From: Octopus sinensis
Lineage: Eukaryota
Assembly (NCBI RefSeq): GCF_006345805.1
Contig: NC_043004.1
Coordinates: 57,598,001 to 57,662,000, forward strand
Reading direction: 5' to 3'
Length of the DNA stretch: 64,000 nucleotides
The notes beneath the pieces were generated by a model. The model saw only the letters and a program-made list of their open reading frames with translations. It did no database searches and had not been told where the DNA came from. The translations under genes were made by a program, and so were the position numbers. Shown here piece by piece: positions 27,785-41,380 of the stretch; the first letter of the stretch is position 1, and the number at the start of each line of letters is the position of its first letter.

Positions 27785-28467
27785 CTTTTACGTTTCGAGC
27801 CTACGCTCCACAACAGAAAGGAACGATAGAAAATAAACAAAGAGAAAATAAGTAAACGTGTGGATTTGGCGATCAAGCATGGTGACTGGTTGGGAAAAAC
27901 GTTTTGACAGGAGAGGTAGAAAGAAGAGGAGATAAAGTATCGGTGTTCCCAAAACGAATATCGTGTACGTGTGTGTGTAAGTGAGAATGTGTGTGTGTGT
28001 GGATAGGGGCTAGTGATTTTGACTTGTGTGGATGTGTGCATGTGTAAGTTTGTACGTCTGTAATGTGTAGGTGTGTGGAGGATGGTGTGTGGATGATGAT
28101 GTGTAGATGTGCAGATGATGGTCTGTGGTGTATAGTACTGGGAAGTGGTCGGTGCTAGCGTGTGTGGAGTGATGTGGTGTGGTGGTGTGCGTTGGGGTTG
28201 TTTGTGTGGGTGGGGATGTGGGTGTGGGGTGTGTGGGGTGGTTGGTGGTTGGAGGGGGTATCAACGAAGAGAGAAGGTGGGTAGGATTGAAGGGAGGAAG
28301 TAGGTGTCAGATGAAGAAAGGAGGGGAGTTCAGCCCATGTGGTGCAAAGCAGAGAAGAGAGAAGATTAATTCCTGTTCCGGATAGACTTCCTGTGCACAG
28401 ACAATCCGAACACAGACAAGTATTGTAGTGAATGACCGGTAAAGCGGAAATGGCGCGTGACCAGGCT
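27785..28467 (-). mobile_element. 3' remnant of a Penelope-like element: GIY-YIG C-terminus, 3' UTR, hammerhead-like motif
   Basis: Minus strand 28467-28325 reads SLVTRHFRFTGHSLQYLSVFGLSVH, then after a frameshift EQELIFSLLCFAPHGLNS, matching the H..H..L.V.GL...E..LIF.L....P.GLN end of PLE GIY-YIG endonucleases. A hammerhead-like motif follows at 27785-27820. Confidence 0.7.
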
Positions 28468-28502
28468 GTGTGTGTCTCTCTCTCTTTCTCTCTCTCTCTT
28501 TT

Positions 28503-28535
<33 letters not shown>

Positions 28536-30297
28536 GTATGAATATGTTAAATTCAAATTACAAGGAACGTAAATAAAAAAGAAAACGAAGTTTGCTTTAG
28601 AAGCGTTGAGATGCCATAGAAAGTTAAAGAAGTGATTTTAAATTATCAAACGCAGGATAATGCTAATAATATAGCCTGAACAGGATAAGCTACCTCTAGT
28701 TTGCAGAAAAAAGATTTGGCAGCCGGCTATGAGTCTCATAGCCGACCACCAACACTTTATGCATATATATTAGACAGATATTTGAAAAGATTCCATCTCC
28801 TTCCGCACGTAGTCAATCCGAGGCTATAGTGGATGTTTTGATGTATCTGCTCATGTTTATTACCTATAAAAAATTGTTATCGGTTGTTAGATTTTTAGCG
28901 AGGGGATTAAGGCAAGCACATATTGCCAACATTAATTTTCGGACATTATAATCTGAAAGATTTTTTTTATATCGTGTAATCTTAAACTTATTTAGTCGTT
29001 CGATGTATCAGCGTTTGTCATTTTAGTCTTCATATGTAAATTAATTTATCATTGTCAATTTACTTAGAAATTAGCTTTCTATTGTTGCTTAGAAAAACTA
29101 CCATTGTTTTTTTTTCTTCTCAGAATAGCTTCCCTAGTCAAACTGTCTTGTACAAAAATATATTTTACTTGTTTAGAAATTTCACAAATACAATATGATT
29201 CCAGCATTTATTTTCACACTTTGTATCTTCCGAAGCGATTGGTTCGTTAACTAATATCTCATGACGTGGCCGGCCTGGCTTTAAACAAAGGAATCTACTT
29301 TATTTCATCTGGAGCCATTCTAATGTGTCAGAGCTGGACAATATCAATTGCTATTCTTAGAGTTTATTTGGACTTTCTCTCGCTAAATTCTGACGAACGT
29401 CCGTTCATTCCAAGTCAGTCTTTACATCTAAACAGCAGTTATCGTAACATTCTATGTATATAGTTGTTAATACTTTCATTATATACAGTAAGATTAATAT
29501 ATACTATTAATACATATCCGCTATTACTCGCTATGGTTACTTCATTAAAGAAAGCCAATATCGTTGAAAGGAAGCAGCCTATGGTTTGGGTTGGATAAAA
29601 GAAACGGAAACCGCAGTTAGCGTGCGGTGAGGCTCTCTGAATTTGACACTCTCCATTATCCCGACCAGCAGATATACTATTTCCTTTTACTACGTCTTCT
29701 TTGTATGTCCTCTTTCTATGAATAGATACTCTATGCGCCTTACATCGGCTACCTCTTCATTTAATTTTTCTTTGATGGTAATAATGAAGTCTCTCACTTC
29801 GCCTTCACTTTCTGTTTGGTGAATTCCTCAAGCATAGATGACTTTATGGTATCTAGGGGTCACACATTTCAATTTTCTTTCGTAAAATTAATCCAATGTC
29901 TCAAACTGCCATAGCTTTGTAAATGCTAGCATTATCTGTCTATTATTGTTGACGGTACAAATATTTATGTCATGCGAATTTGCATTTTCAAGTGTCAAAT
30001 TGTGACGAGTATCATTTTAGAATACGTATCGAATATTCGAAAAATATTCGGCATTTAGTTGAAAGTGGTATACCCAGCGTTATTTGTTTTCTTATTAGTA
30101 CAACTTAATCCTTCGCTAGAAAACTCTAGCATAAATATTACAAATTCCGGTTCTTAAAATAATTTAAAAACGAAAAAATAAATGTATATTCATTGGATGA
30201 AACTTTATGAAAATCCAATTCTTTCTTCCGACTATTTCAAAGCACAACAGCCACAAGAACAAGAACAACAATAATAAAAATAATAATGGTTTCAGTT

Positions 30298-30684
30298 TTG
30301 GTACAGGGCCAGCAACTTCAGAGGAGTGGCTAAGTCGATTACAACGACCCCACTGATTCATTGGTACTTATTTTATCGACCCCGAAGTGATGTATGGCAA
30401 AGTCAACCTCAGCGGAATTTAAACTCAGAACACGAAGACAGACGAAATACCTATTTCTTTACTACCCACAAGGGGCTAAACATAGAGGGGACAAACAAGG
30501 ACAAGCAAACGGATTAAGTAGATTATATCGACTCCAGTGCGTAACTGGAACTTAATTTATCGACCCCGAAAGGATGAAAGGCAAAGTCAGCCTCGGCGGA
30601 ATTTGAACTCACAACGTAACGGCAGATGAAATACGGCTACGCATTTCGCCCGGCGTGCTAACGTTTCTGCCAGCTCACCGCCTT
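30298..30684 (-). mobile_element. Two abutting family B SINE copies (30298-30450 partial, 30451-30684 complete)
   Basis: Core repeated twice; complete head ending at 30684. Confidence 0.8.
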
Positions 30685-31905
30685 AATAATAATAATAATA
30701 ACAATAATAATAATAATAATAATTATAATAATGATGATGATGATGATGATAATGATGATAATAAGTGTGTAAAACAAGAGGCCGGAAGTAAACACTACAC
30801 AAGGATTTTCAAATCTCACCCTACCCAAGGAACAAAAACGTGGGGCATGCAAAAAATGGGAGCAATGCCAATTATAATTGGACAGTAAATATGACAATCA
30901 AAAATGAATGAATATGATCCAAATCACGCAGAACCATCAATATTGCTGAACAAACTCCAAAAATATTTCTGCTGAGTGCATCCAACATGCACGTCTCGCT
31001 GACTCAGTGTAAAATCAGTAGCACAGTCTAAAGAGAACAACCACTAAATACCTGATAAACTAATTTAACCCATTCATTATATTTTCTATATGTTAAACAA
31101 ACAATAGATGGAATCTCCCGTCAGAGACGACGGGCGAGAGTTCATTTTTGCTGAATAATTTTTGAAAATGATTTGTTCATAGTAATTAAATATTTGTGCT
31201 GTACATGATCTCACATCCTCTATCAAATCAACGTTGCCTCTACAGATGCATATGTGCACCATACATCAAAACGATTGTAGGCAATGTGAAAGGTGGTGCA
31301 TTGCGCAGGAACCCAATGTGCCGCCCGGTCAGGGAATCGAACTCACGATCGCTAGATCGTGAATGCAACACAAGGCAACGTGCATTCATAACCAAAAAAT
31401 ATCACATCACGTACTCCTGGATAATTAATATCCGATATTATAGCAATAAATCATATATCGCATTTCTAAAATCTTGCACGCCATATTGCTCCACAAATCA
31501 CACGATAAATGCCAAACTAAATCATGATGCTAAAGCACAACACCACTAACAAAGTACATACAAAGCAATAATAGCTAAAATGGTCATGCTATAAATAATT
31601 ACTCAACAGAAAAAGAAAAAAAATCAAAGTACTGTTAAAACAAGCTAATTTAGCCCTCGACATCGCTGAATTGGCGCAGTCTAAAACTCGGTTGTCTGTT
31701 CTCAATATATAATACTGTACTCACTTCAGGCAACAGTTTTAGATGTGATGGTGTCAAGAGAATCACAATTAACCAGTGAGAGTATAAAAACTAATAAAAA
31801 TTCAGATTACTCTTATTGGCCACAAGGAACCAAGATATTTGGGACTATTGAATTATGATGATGGTTATAGTAATAATGATGATGATGATGATGATAATAA
31901 TAATA

Positions 31906-31963
<58 letters not shown>

Positions 31964-34900
31964 CTTCCCAACACACAGGAGCTGGACGAACCCCACAACC
32001 GGAATATTCCAACAGATGGCCATCCATGCTCATCACCAAATAATCAAAAGAAAAAGAAGGAAAAATGGTCTAGGGAAGATAATAAAGAAGTTCTTGAGGC
32101 CTTCTACCATGCCATATATTTCCCCACAGATAAGTCTAGCACTGTACAAGCATACTTAAACTGGAGACAGAAACACCCTGAAGTAAGACCCTACATAGAC
32201 AGTAACAAGCTTGCCAATGTTAGAAGAAACATTATAAAAAAGAAATTACTGACTGAAGTAGAGATTGATCAGGTTAGACAAGCAATATCGGATAAAATGA
32301 ACGAAGCTGCAGCTAGAGAAGATAATACAGAGGAAATGATTATAGACCAGCCCAGGGCGGATAAAAACGTAGAGAGGATTGAAAGAGTTAGTATAAGTGA
32401 TAGGCAAAGTGAAATACGCCCTGAACCAATCATAAACACTAAGACAGATGAGCATCAAATAGATAAAGAAAGTCACACAAATATTGACCCAACAGAACTA
32501 CATGAGCTAAAAAATCAAATCATGATTGAATGGCTGAAAATTAAAGAAACCAGCATGGATGAGCGTGATACACTTCCTAAAATCCGCAACTCTAACCAAA
32601 ACATGAAAATAATTGGTAAAATCCGGCTTGCACTTAAGGATATAATTTCAGTTAATGATGTTGATATCACAAACCTCAACCACCTATACTATGCATCCGC
32701 GAAAATCTCAACGATCCTATGTGGTGTAAAGATTAGAAAACGGCAACAGTCCCACAAAAAGCCTTCTTGGCAAGAGCGTCTGCAACAACAAATTAAAATA
32801 TTTAGATCTGACATTGAATATTTGAAAAACCTTAAGGCTCACAAGATTACCAAACCTACAAAAACCCAAAAATTACTGAAAAAATACAATATGAAAACTA
32901 TACTTGATATTGATGCCACAATAGAAACCATCAAACAAAAGGTATCTGCCAAAGCTGCCCGCATAGCGAGGTATGAAAAGCGTGTTAGATTTTTCAAGGA
33001 CAACAACATGTTCAAAAATAACACCAAGAATTTTTACAGGAAGATAGGAAAAACAGCGTTTACTGCAGGTCTGTACCATCAAAAGAAGAAGTGCAGAGAT
33101 TTTGGAATAAAATCTGGGCAGAAGAAAAAACACACAACGAAAAGGCCCCCTGGATTGACAGAATATCTACAGAACTGGACCCCTTAGAAGAGCAAAAGTG
33201 GGAGGGTGTCAAGGTAGAAGATATAAGATCTGCTCTCAGGAGGTCAAGCAAATGGAAATCTCCAGGAAAGGATAAAATTCCTAACTTCTGGCTGAATGCC
33301 TTCCCAGAGAGCCATGAACTGCTAACAGAACTGTACAATGATGTTTTGCAACACCCTAGTAGGATGCCTCCTTGGCTAGTTAATGGGTTAACATTCCTGC
33401 TTCCAAAAAGTGAAGAAACAAATGAACCAAAAAACTATAGACCCATAACCTGCTTAACAACTATGTACAAAACACTAACATCTGTCCTGACGGAATATAC
33501 CTATAGTTTTTTAACAGACAGCAGCATATTCCCTAATGAACAGAAAGGATGTAAACGTGGATCCTACGGCTGTAAAGACCAACTACTCATCAATAAGATG
33601 ATCTTAGAAGATTGTCACAAACGACACAAAAACTTATCAATAGCCTGGATAGACTATAAAAAGGCTGTTGATAGCCTACCACATAGCTGGATTAGGAAAT
33701 GCCTTGAAATGTATAAGATCGCACCAACTCTGCGAAACTTCTTGACTGTAAGTATGAGATCATGGAGAACCACACTAACTCTGAACAGTGACAGTGAATC
33801 CCTAAATGCTGGTGATGTAAAAATTTCGTGTGGCATTTTCCAGGGTGACTCACTGTCACCACTCCTCTTTTGTTTATCCTTAATACCTCTCTCAAAGCTG
33901 CTCAATGATGCGCAGTACGGGTATAAAATGTTTGATAAAAATATAAATCATCTCGTTTACATGGATGATTTAAAGCTTTTTGCAAAAAATGATCAACAAC
34001 TGAAGGGCTTACTAGCGATAGTCAAACAATTCAGTGACGACATCAGAATGCAATTCGGCCTCGATAAATGTGCAAAGGCTACCTTTATCAAAGGAAAAAT
34101 GACAGAAACATCTAACGTTAACCTTGACCAACAGAATGTCATAAAAGAACTAGACCCAGCGGAGAGCTACAAGTACCTAGGGATAATTGAAGGGAACGGA
34201 ATAAGGCATTCAGAGATGAAGGAAAGGATCAGGAGAGAATGCTATCGAAGAGTGAGAGCAATACTCAAGACAGAGCTGAATGCAAGAAACAGGATCGAAG
34301 CAATCAATGCATTAGCTATACCAGTCGTGACTTACAGTCTCAATATTGTTAACTGGTCAATTACTGAAATATGTCAAGTCGACAGAAAAATAAGGAAACT
34401 GTTGACAATGCATAGAATGCACCACCCTAAGGCAGATACAGAACGACTCTATCTGCCAAGAAAAGAGGGAGGCCGTGGTCTTTTGCAACTGGCAATAACA
34501 ATGAAGATTGCTACAATTGGCCTAGACACCTACCTGAAAAACTCTGAGGACTGGATGCTAAAACTTGTCTCAAAACATGAAAACAAGAAAGCATCATACT
34601 CAGTCACAAAACAGGCAAAGGAATATCTAAGTGAATTCCGAATACAACCAATTTCGGAATTAGAGATAGATATACAAGAAACAAGCACAGAAAAAGCTAG
34701 GCGCATGAAAACCCGTGCCAAAACTGCGGCCTTAGATATTCTGAATAATAAATGGCAAGAAAAACCTCTCTATGGCAAATACCCAAAGAGAGCGAATAAT
34801 GCAGATATCGACAAAGCCCTGACCCATCAATGGCTAATGGCCTCTGGCTTAAAATCTGAAACAGAGGGGTTTATCATAGCAGCTCAAGATCAATGCCTAC

Positions 34901-35517
34901 CAACAAGAAACTACCAGGCCAACATATTAAAGATCAGAAGCAGTCCAACGTGTCGTGTATGCAAGCAACAAAATGAAACCATTGACCATGTGGTCTCCAA
35001 GTGCAGTCTTCTAGCGCCTACAGAGTATCTCAACAGGCACGATAGAGCTGCACAATATATTCACTGGGTAATCTGTAAAAACCTGGATTTGCCCCATGAA
35101 AAAAACTGGTGGGAACACAAACCACCCCCAGTGCTTGAAAATGACCACATCTCACTCCTCTGGAACTTCACCATTCAAACTGACAGGAAGATAGATGCAA
35201 ATAGGCCAGACATCATATTGAAAAACTTCAAACAAAGAACATGCCTCCTCATTGATATGACTGTCCCAATCGATATAAACGTATCTGTCAAGACCTACCA
35301 AAAACTGAGCAAATATAAAGATCTTGAAATAGAAATCAGCAAAATGTGGAAGCTGAAGACTAAAACAATACCTGTTGTCATAGGTGCCCTGGGAATGATA
35401 GCAAAAGGGGCTGATAGCTACCTAACTCAGATACCAGGAAACCCAAAAATGGCAGAAGTTCAAAAGATAGTGCTCATGGGAACTGCTCATATCCAACGCA
35501 AAATACTCTCTATGTAA
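31964..35517 (+). pseudogene. Single R4/Dong ORF (about 1180 aa if repaired) split by one -1 frameshift near 33050-33075; no start codon (slightly 5'-truncated)
   Basis: The frame of ORF 32297-33187 is open back to 31964 (LPNTQELDE...KWSREDNKEVLEAFYHA...LANVRRNIIKKKLLTEVEI, an R4-type Myb-like N-terminus). It switches to the frame of ORF 33091-35517 around ...GKTAFTA/SVPSKEEVQRFW. No other stop seen. Confidence 0.88.
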
Positions 35518-35738
35518 TCTCAAGTTTTAAAACAAACATAATTTTCGGTTTAAAAAAAAAAAAAAAAAAAAAACCTTTTTTTTTTTTTTAGACATTCATT
35601 AGTACAACATCCCCACCCCCCAAATATATGGCACACTAGGCATAACAACAACATGAACTTCCAACCCTGTTGTCTCTTGAGGTCTCTGGGTGAGACTTTG
35701 AGCCAGCTTGTACAAATATAAAGCAAAAGTCAAATATA

Positions 35739-35739
<1 letters not shown>
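31964..35739 (+). mobile_element. Near full-length R4/Dong-clade non-LTR retrotransposon (RT + restriction-like endonuclease), inserted in an (AAT)n microsatellite
   Basis: Begins directly after (AAT)n at 31963 and ends ...GCAAAAGTCAAATATAG directly before (AAT)n at 35740. Encodes RT motifs (NYRPITCL, WIDYKKAVDS, GIFQGDSLSPLLF, YMDDLKLF), a CCHC knuckle (CRVCKQQNETIDHVVSKC) and a PD-(D/E)xK nuclease (RPDIIL..CLLIDMTVP..K..KY). 3' UTR of about 220 nt. Confidence 0.93.
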
Positions 35740-35811
<72 letters not shown>

Positions 35812-36223
35812 TATTATAATTATGATGATGAAGATAATGATGATGACGACTTGTTCTTTACACTTCAATTATTAAACTGTAGTATCTTAATAACTAAAGA
35901 TAGAAATTTTTCAAAACAGTAGCCATACCTGAAGCAAATTACGCATTAGCTTGACACAGTTCTTTCTGCTAAAATTACTCTCCTAAATCGACAGGTCTAT
36001 ATTTAAATAATTGCATTTATCCATCAAATATTCCAATAATAATTTAGAAAAACGATGTTGATTCTAAATTTGGAAACATAATTACAATATAAAAGGAAAT
36101 AAATTATCATCATAATACGAATAGGAATTCTATCCATATGTCTTAGAATATACGTTTTCTTAATTCTCCGTCTCTTTGAGTATACACCCACACCCACTTA
36201 TATGTGTACACGAATTTATAGGC

Positions 36224-36277
<54 letters not shown>

Positions 36278-36279
<2 letters not shown>

Positions 36280-36578
36280 AGGCGCAATGACCCAGTGGTT
36301 AGGGCAGCGGACTCGCGGTCGTAGGATCGCGGTTTCGATTCCCAGACCAGGTGTTGTGAGTGTTTATTGAGCGAAAACACCTAAAGCTCCACGAATCTCC
36401 AGCAGGGGATGGTAGCGATCCCTGCTGTACTCTTTCGCTACAACTTGCTCTTCCTCTTTCTTCTGTTGGCCTGCTCGCTTAGCCAGCGGGGTGGCGTCAT
36501 TTGAAGGCTAAAACAATGCGAAGTACATTGTGACCAGCGATGTGTAGCAACATCTGATAGCCTAGTCGATCACGGTGA
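36278..36578 (+). mobile_element. tRNA-derived SINE, family C, tail type 1
   Basis: As 4221-4521; flanked by (TG)n and (TA)n. Confidence 0.85.
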
Positions 36579-36726
36579 TATATATATAGATATATATATA
36601 TATATGCATATATATGCATGCATACATATATACATTTATTTGCATATATATATTTCCATACACATATATGTTTATACATATATATATGCCTATATATATA
36701 TATATATATATATATATAGGCATATA

Positions 36727-36812
<86 letters not shown>

Positions 36813-37862
36813 AACATATATATATGTATGTGTCTGTGTATGTAATGATAGAAACACACACGCAAAATGGATATACACATTTTGCTTTTCATTGCTCATC
36901 ACAGGATGACAGGTAGTAAACAAAGACATAAAGACACAAAAAATAGGAAAATAACCCCCTTTCTTTAATACTCATTGAAAAATCTCTTGGAAACACACTA
37001 AAACGTTTTGGCTAATAATTTCCTTTATATCTTATAGCATTTAGACATACCTAAGTCTTTAAACATATGAAATGATATCAAAAATATTTCAGTCATAATA
37101 CTTTATATACAGATAGATAAATAGAGAGTGAGAGAAAGAGAGAGAGAGAGGGGGTGAGGGAGAGAGAGTGATGTAGTAAGAAAGAGATATAGTTAGATTT
37201 ATAATATATAGAAATGAATAGAAATGGACAGAAATATATAGATAGATTAATAAACAGGTTGCTAAATACATAGGCCGCAGGTGGGTAGGTTGGTAAATAG
37301 AAGGCTTTATGATATATATCTACATGTATACTGATGAATTGTTTTATGCTGCTCAACATAAATATAATATTTGAAATATATATATGTTGGTGTGTGCGGA
37401 TAATGATTATATGTCTCTATTTAATCTTCAGCGGCTTTGCTTCTAAAACTATTAGATACTCCTAGATGAGGAATCTAAAATACTTTGGGTTCACAATTAA
37501 AATGAAGTAATTCATTATTTAAAAAAAGTTTAAACGTCAGAATCAAAATTAAGTAGAAAACTCACAGAAACTAATTTGACACCTTTTATTTTAAGTCCTA
37601 ATAGCGAGATCAATATTAGCGAAATTGCATTTTCTTTAGTTTTTACCACGTGAATATTTAGAAAAAATATCTTGTTTTAATCATCTTTGAAGAGTAAGCC
37701 TTGATATATAAATATGTAAAATGATATGTCAATATACCTGCATATACATATATATATATATATAACGGGAAGCTTTATGAAAATAAACAAAAGACGAAGG
37801 CAGGTGGAAAACAAACGAACAATTGTATTAGTATGGCGCTCAGGAAATATAAATAAAACAAG

Positions 37863-37900
37863 TCTTTAACGTTTCGAGCCTACGCTCTTCAACAGAAAGA
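37863..37900 (-). ncRNA. Minimal hammerhead-like motif, CUGUUGAA variant
   Basis: Minus strand: UCUUU CUGUUGAA GAGC-GUAG-GCUC GAAAC GUU AAAGA. Stem I 5 bp, stem II 4 bp; homologous to 27785-27820. Confidence 0.55.
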
Positions 37901-37972
37901 TACACAGAGAGAGAAAAACACAGAAAGAAGGAGAGAAAAAAAATGCGTGCAGTAGCTAACGAATCAACATGG

Positions 37973-38016
<44 letters not shown>

Positions 38017-38199
38017 GCATACCTCCATATATGCATACATATACAAACACACACGCACACACATACACTTTACTCGGCACTGTGAAGACTTTGTAATAAG
38101 CTATATCATACACGTTTTGGTCTATAATCTTGTACCTTGTATAAGCAAATGAGATACTTGGGCCATACCTTTTCCAAACTCCATATTTCAACTTCCTTC

Positions 38200-38705
38200 T
38201 TACAACACCACAAATGTAAGACCACTTCCTAGGGTTCCGGCAATGATTGGTACTACTACCTCCTTTTTCATCGAACACAACTGCTTTTACCTCCCAAGCT
38301 AGCCTGTCATATCAATCGATATTTCCTGATACATTGTTATCAGTTGGGCATACTATATCTATAATCCAGCATCATTTGCTTTCTTTCTCAATTAACACTA
38401 TGTCTGGCTTCCTATTCTATATCTCATAGACGCAATGAATCATAAAATCTTGCATGATCTTTGCATTATAAATTTTGATGATGCCTTTGGTTTTATTTTC
38501 TTACTACATTTTTTGCTCTGTCAAGTCCATACTTGTTGCAAAATGTCCAATGGACAATCCTTGCTATATTATCATGACGTCTCATAAATTCTTTCTGGGC
38601 TAGTTGCGCACACTGGCTGGAAATATGCCATACGGTTTCACTATTTTGTCCAGAAATTCTGCACTTATCTCTTTCTGATGTTTTGTCTATTCTGTATTTG
38701 ATGTA
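38200..38705 (-). mobile_element. Decayed fragment of a different R4/Dong-like lineage (zinc knuckle + RLE)
   Basis: Minus-strand translation gives DKCRISGQNSETVWHISSQCAQLAQKEFMRRHDNIARIVHW, then across stops/frameshifts RKPDIVLIEKESK*CWIIDIVCP and VVVPIIAGTLG. The 5' side abuts an (AAT)n(AAC)n tract (38713-38760). Confidence 0.8.
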
Positions 38706-38725
38706 ATTGATTGTTGTTGTTGTTG

Positions 38726-38759
<34 letters not shown>

Positions 38760-40488
38760 CATCATCATATTAACAATATGATATAATATCGCTGCATGAA
38801 ATATAATAATAATAATAATTTGTAACTGTGGATCGCAAAGTATAATAAAAGCTAGATCATACTGATTGATATATTTACTTTAAGTGAAAACTATGTGAAT
38901 ATATACGATAATTGTATATTTTGACAGAATAGGAATAGAAGACATGAATGTAAAAAGTTCACCAAAATCATTCAAAATATTTGAACTGTCATAGATAGCT
39001 CATAGAACTCAATACTAAGAATTTTTTGAAAAAATAAATGATTTTAGACTGCAGAATGAATAGGATGTTTACAAAAAATATCGTGTACTGAAAGAATTTA
39101 TTTTAGCAATAATTAATGAGGATTCTATGTCTATTTGTTATCTGTGTGTGAAACGAGAGAAAATAGAACATTTCTAAAAGCATTGGATAGGTTTTTCGGG
39201 AAAACGGCATAAACAGGACACACGGTCCGTATAATGTGCACTTAGAAAGTCATACCATAACCTGATCAGTACTTCTATGGAAGGTATACTTCATATAACA
39301 CAGCAGAAATGATTCTACTCTGGATATCTAAATCATGAATAACTGTAATTAAGACTAGAAGCAATATACATCCACGACAAACCAACCATTTCGTGTAGGT
39401 AAATTTAGACTTTTATTATCTGTGACATTAATGATAAATATTATGTATATGGTCTATTTTCTTAAACACTAATCCGTTCTCTATTACAATGCCCAGCAGC
39501 GTTTGCTGATAAATACTCTTGGAAATATAACGACATAGCGAACATTATCTATTTAGCCTTAGAGACCTCCGCTTTAAAGTCTCCAGCATACGCTAGCGAT
39601 CTTCTTTTAAAATCTGATGATGTTAAAAAGCATCTTTGGAACTTTATCATACAAATAGATAGCAACTCTTAGTCTGGTGACGTTTTCTATGATAAAAGTG
39701 ACGAAAGATTTTTAGTATTTGACTTCGCAATACGATAAAACTACAGAAGTTCGTTTGACTTAACAATGCAAACTAACTGTGCTAAGATACTAAACACTAT
39801 TGATTTCAAACCTTTGTTCTATTTTGTAAACGATCCCGTTAGGTATATACAGAATGTTTTTTTGCTTTTTACTTTTTTTTATTCTATGCCTGTGTATAGA
39901 ACATGTTAAGTTCTATGCACGGATATGGAAGCGTTTGAGAAAATAGAAACTCGTGGGTCTGCATATATTGCTAATGCACAGTATACTAACGACATGTTGA
40001 CTAATAATTGTATAAAAAATATTTTTGATACTGAAAAATAATATTGGTAAATTTAGGGACGATAATTATGACTGATATGCAACATATGATGAGAAGGATT
40101 ATATGCTTCAAAATGATCATTTGTTAATTAGTGAATTTTAATTAACTCTAAAATAAAATCATCTTGCCGAAGTTCTTTTATTTATCCAAACAGGATGAAA
40201 CAAAAACCGCGAAAGTTGGGAGTAAATCATAATAACATTAATTTGGCAATATTTTCTTTCTGAATCCATCGTCTTTTGTTATATTAGGAATGATAATAAC
40301 TTACTAACGTACAGAACTTAAACAATAGAAATAAATGTAGATAATATTGCTCAATAACACATATATGCATATATGTGTGTATATATATATTTTTATATAT
40401 ACATATATACACACATACATATATACATACATATATATATACATATATATATATATAATATATATATATATACACGCATGCACATATA

Positions 40489-40550
<62 letters not shown>

Positions 40551-41099
40551 TTACATACATACATACACACGCATATATACATATATATATATATAATATA
40601 TATATATATACATACATATAGATATAGTTTTACCACAGATCCGAATCGTCCTTGGAAAAATTTAAAGCTTTCTATATTTCCCCTCTTTCACAATTATTCA
40701 GACTTTCTTTCATATTCTTGCTCTCTCTCTCTCTCTCTCTTGTAATCCCATTGTCTCTGTCGTTTTCTGTATTACACCATCACATTCACTAGCACAAGCA
40801 ACGGTAACGATCTCTTACACATAAACATAGACACAAGCATGAGAGCGATCATTATTTCTGCATTTATACTCAGTCGAAAACAGAATATTGTCTACATATA
40901 AGAAAGATACTTAATGTATACCTCTACTTACATTGCTAGGTTAGCTTGAAGGAGACGTTTATATAAGATTTTATTAATTTTGCTTTGAAATACATCGAAA
41001 ACAAATTCTTATCTACATTAATAACAGACCAATAAATAAATAACCATCATCAAAATAATTTGTTTTAGCAATAAAAGAACATAAAAATAAAATAAAAAA

Positions 41100-41136
41100 C
41101 AAAATAATAATGGTAATAATAATAATAATGATAATA

Positions 41137-41177
<41 letters not shown>

Positions 41178-41200
41178 TAATAATAATAATAATAATAATA

Positions 41201-41245
<45 letters not shown>

Positions 41246-41277
41246 TAATAATAATAATATAATAATAATAATATATA

Positions 41278-41349
<72 letters not shown>

Positions 41350-41380
41350 TAATGATAATAATAATAATGATAATAATAAC
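41100..41380. repeat. Long interrupted (AAT)n microsatellite, one of many (TA)n/(AAT)n/(TAC)n/(CA)n/(GA)n tracts in the window
   Basis: Direct reading. Confidence 0.95.

Noticed and set aside
33040-33100. Programmed -1 frameshift in the Dong ORF
   Set aside because: No X XXY YYZ heptamer or obvious downstream structure; a simple indel is more parsimonious.
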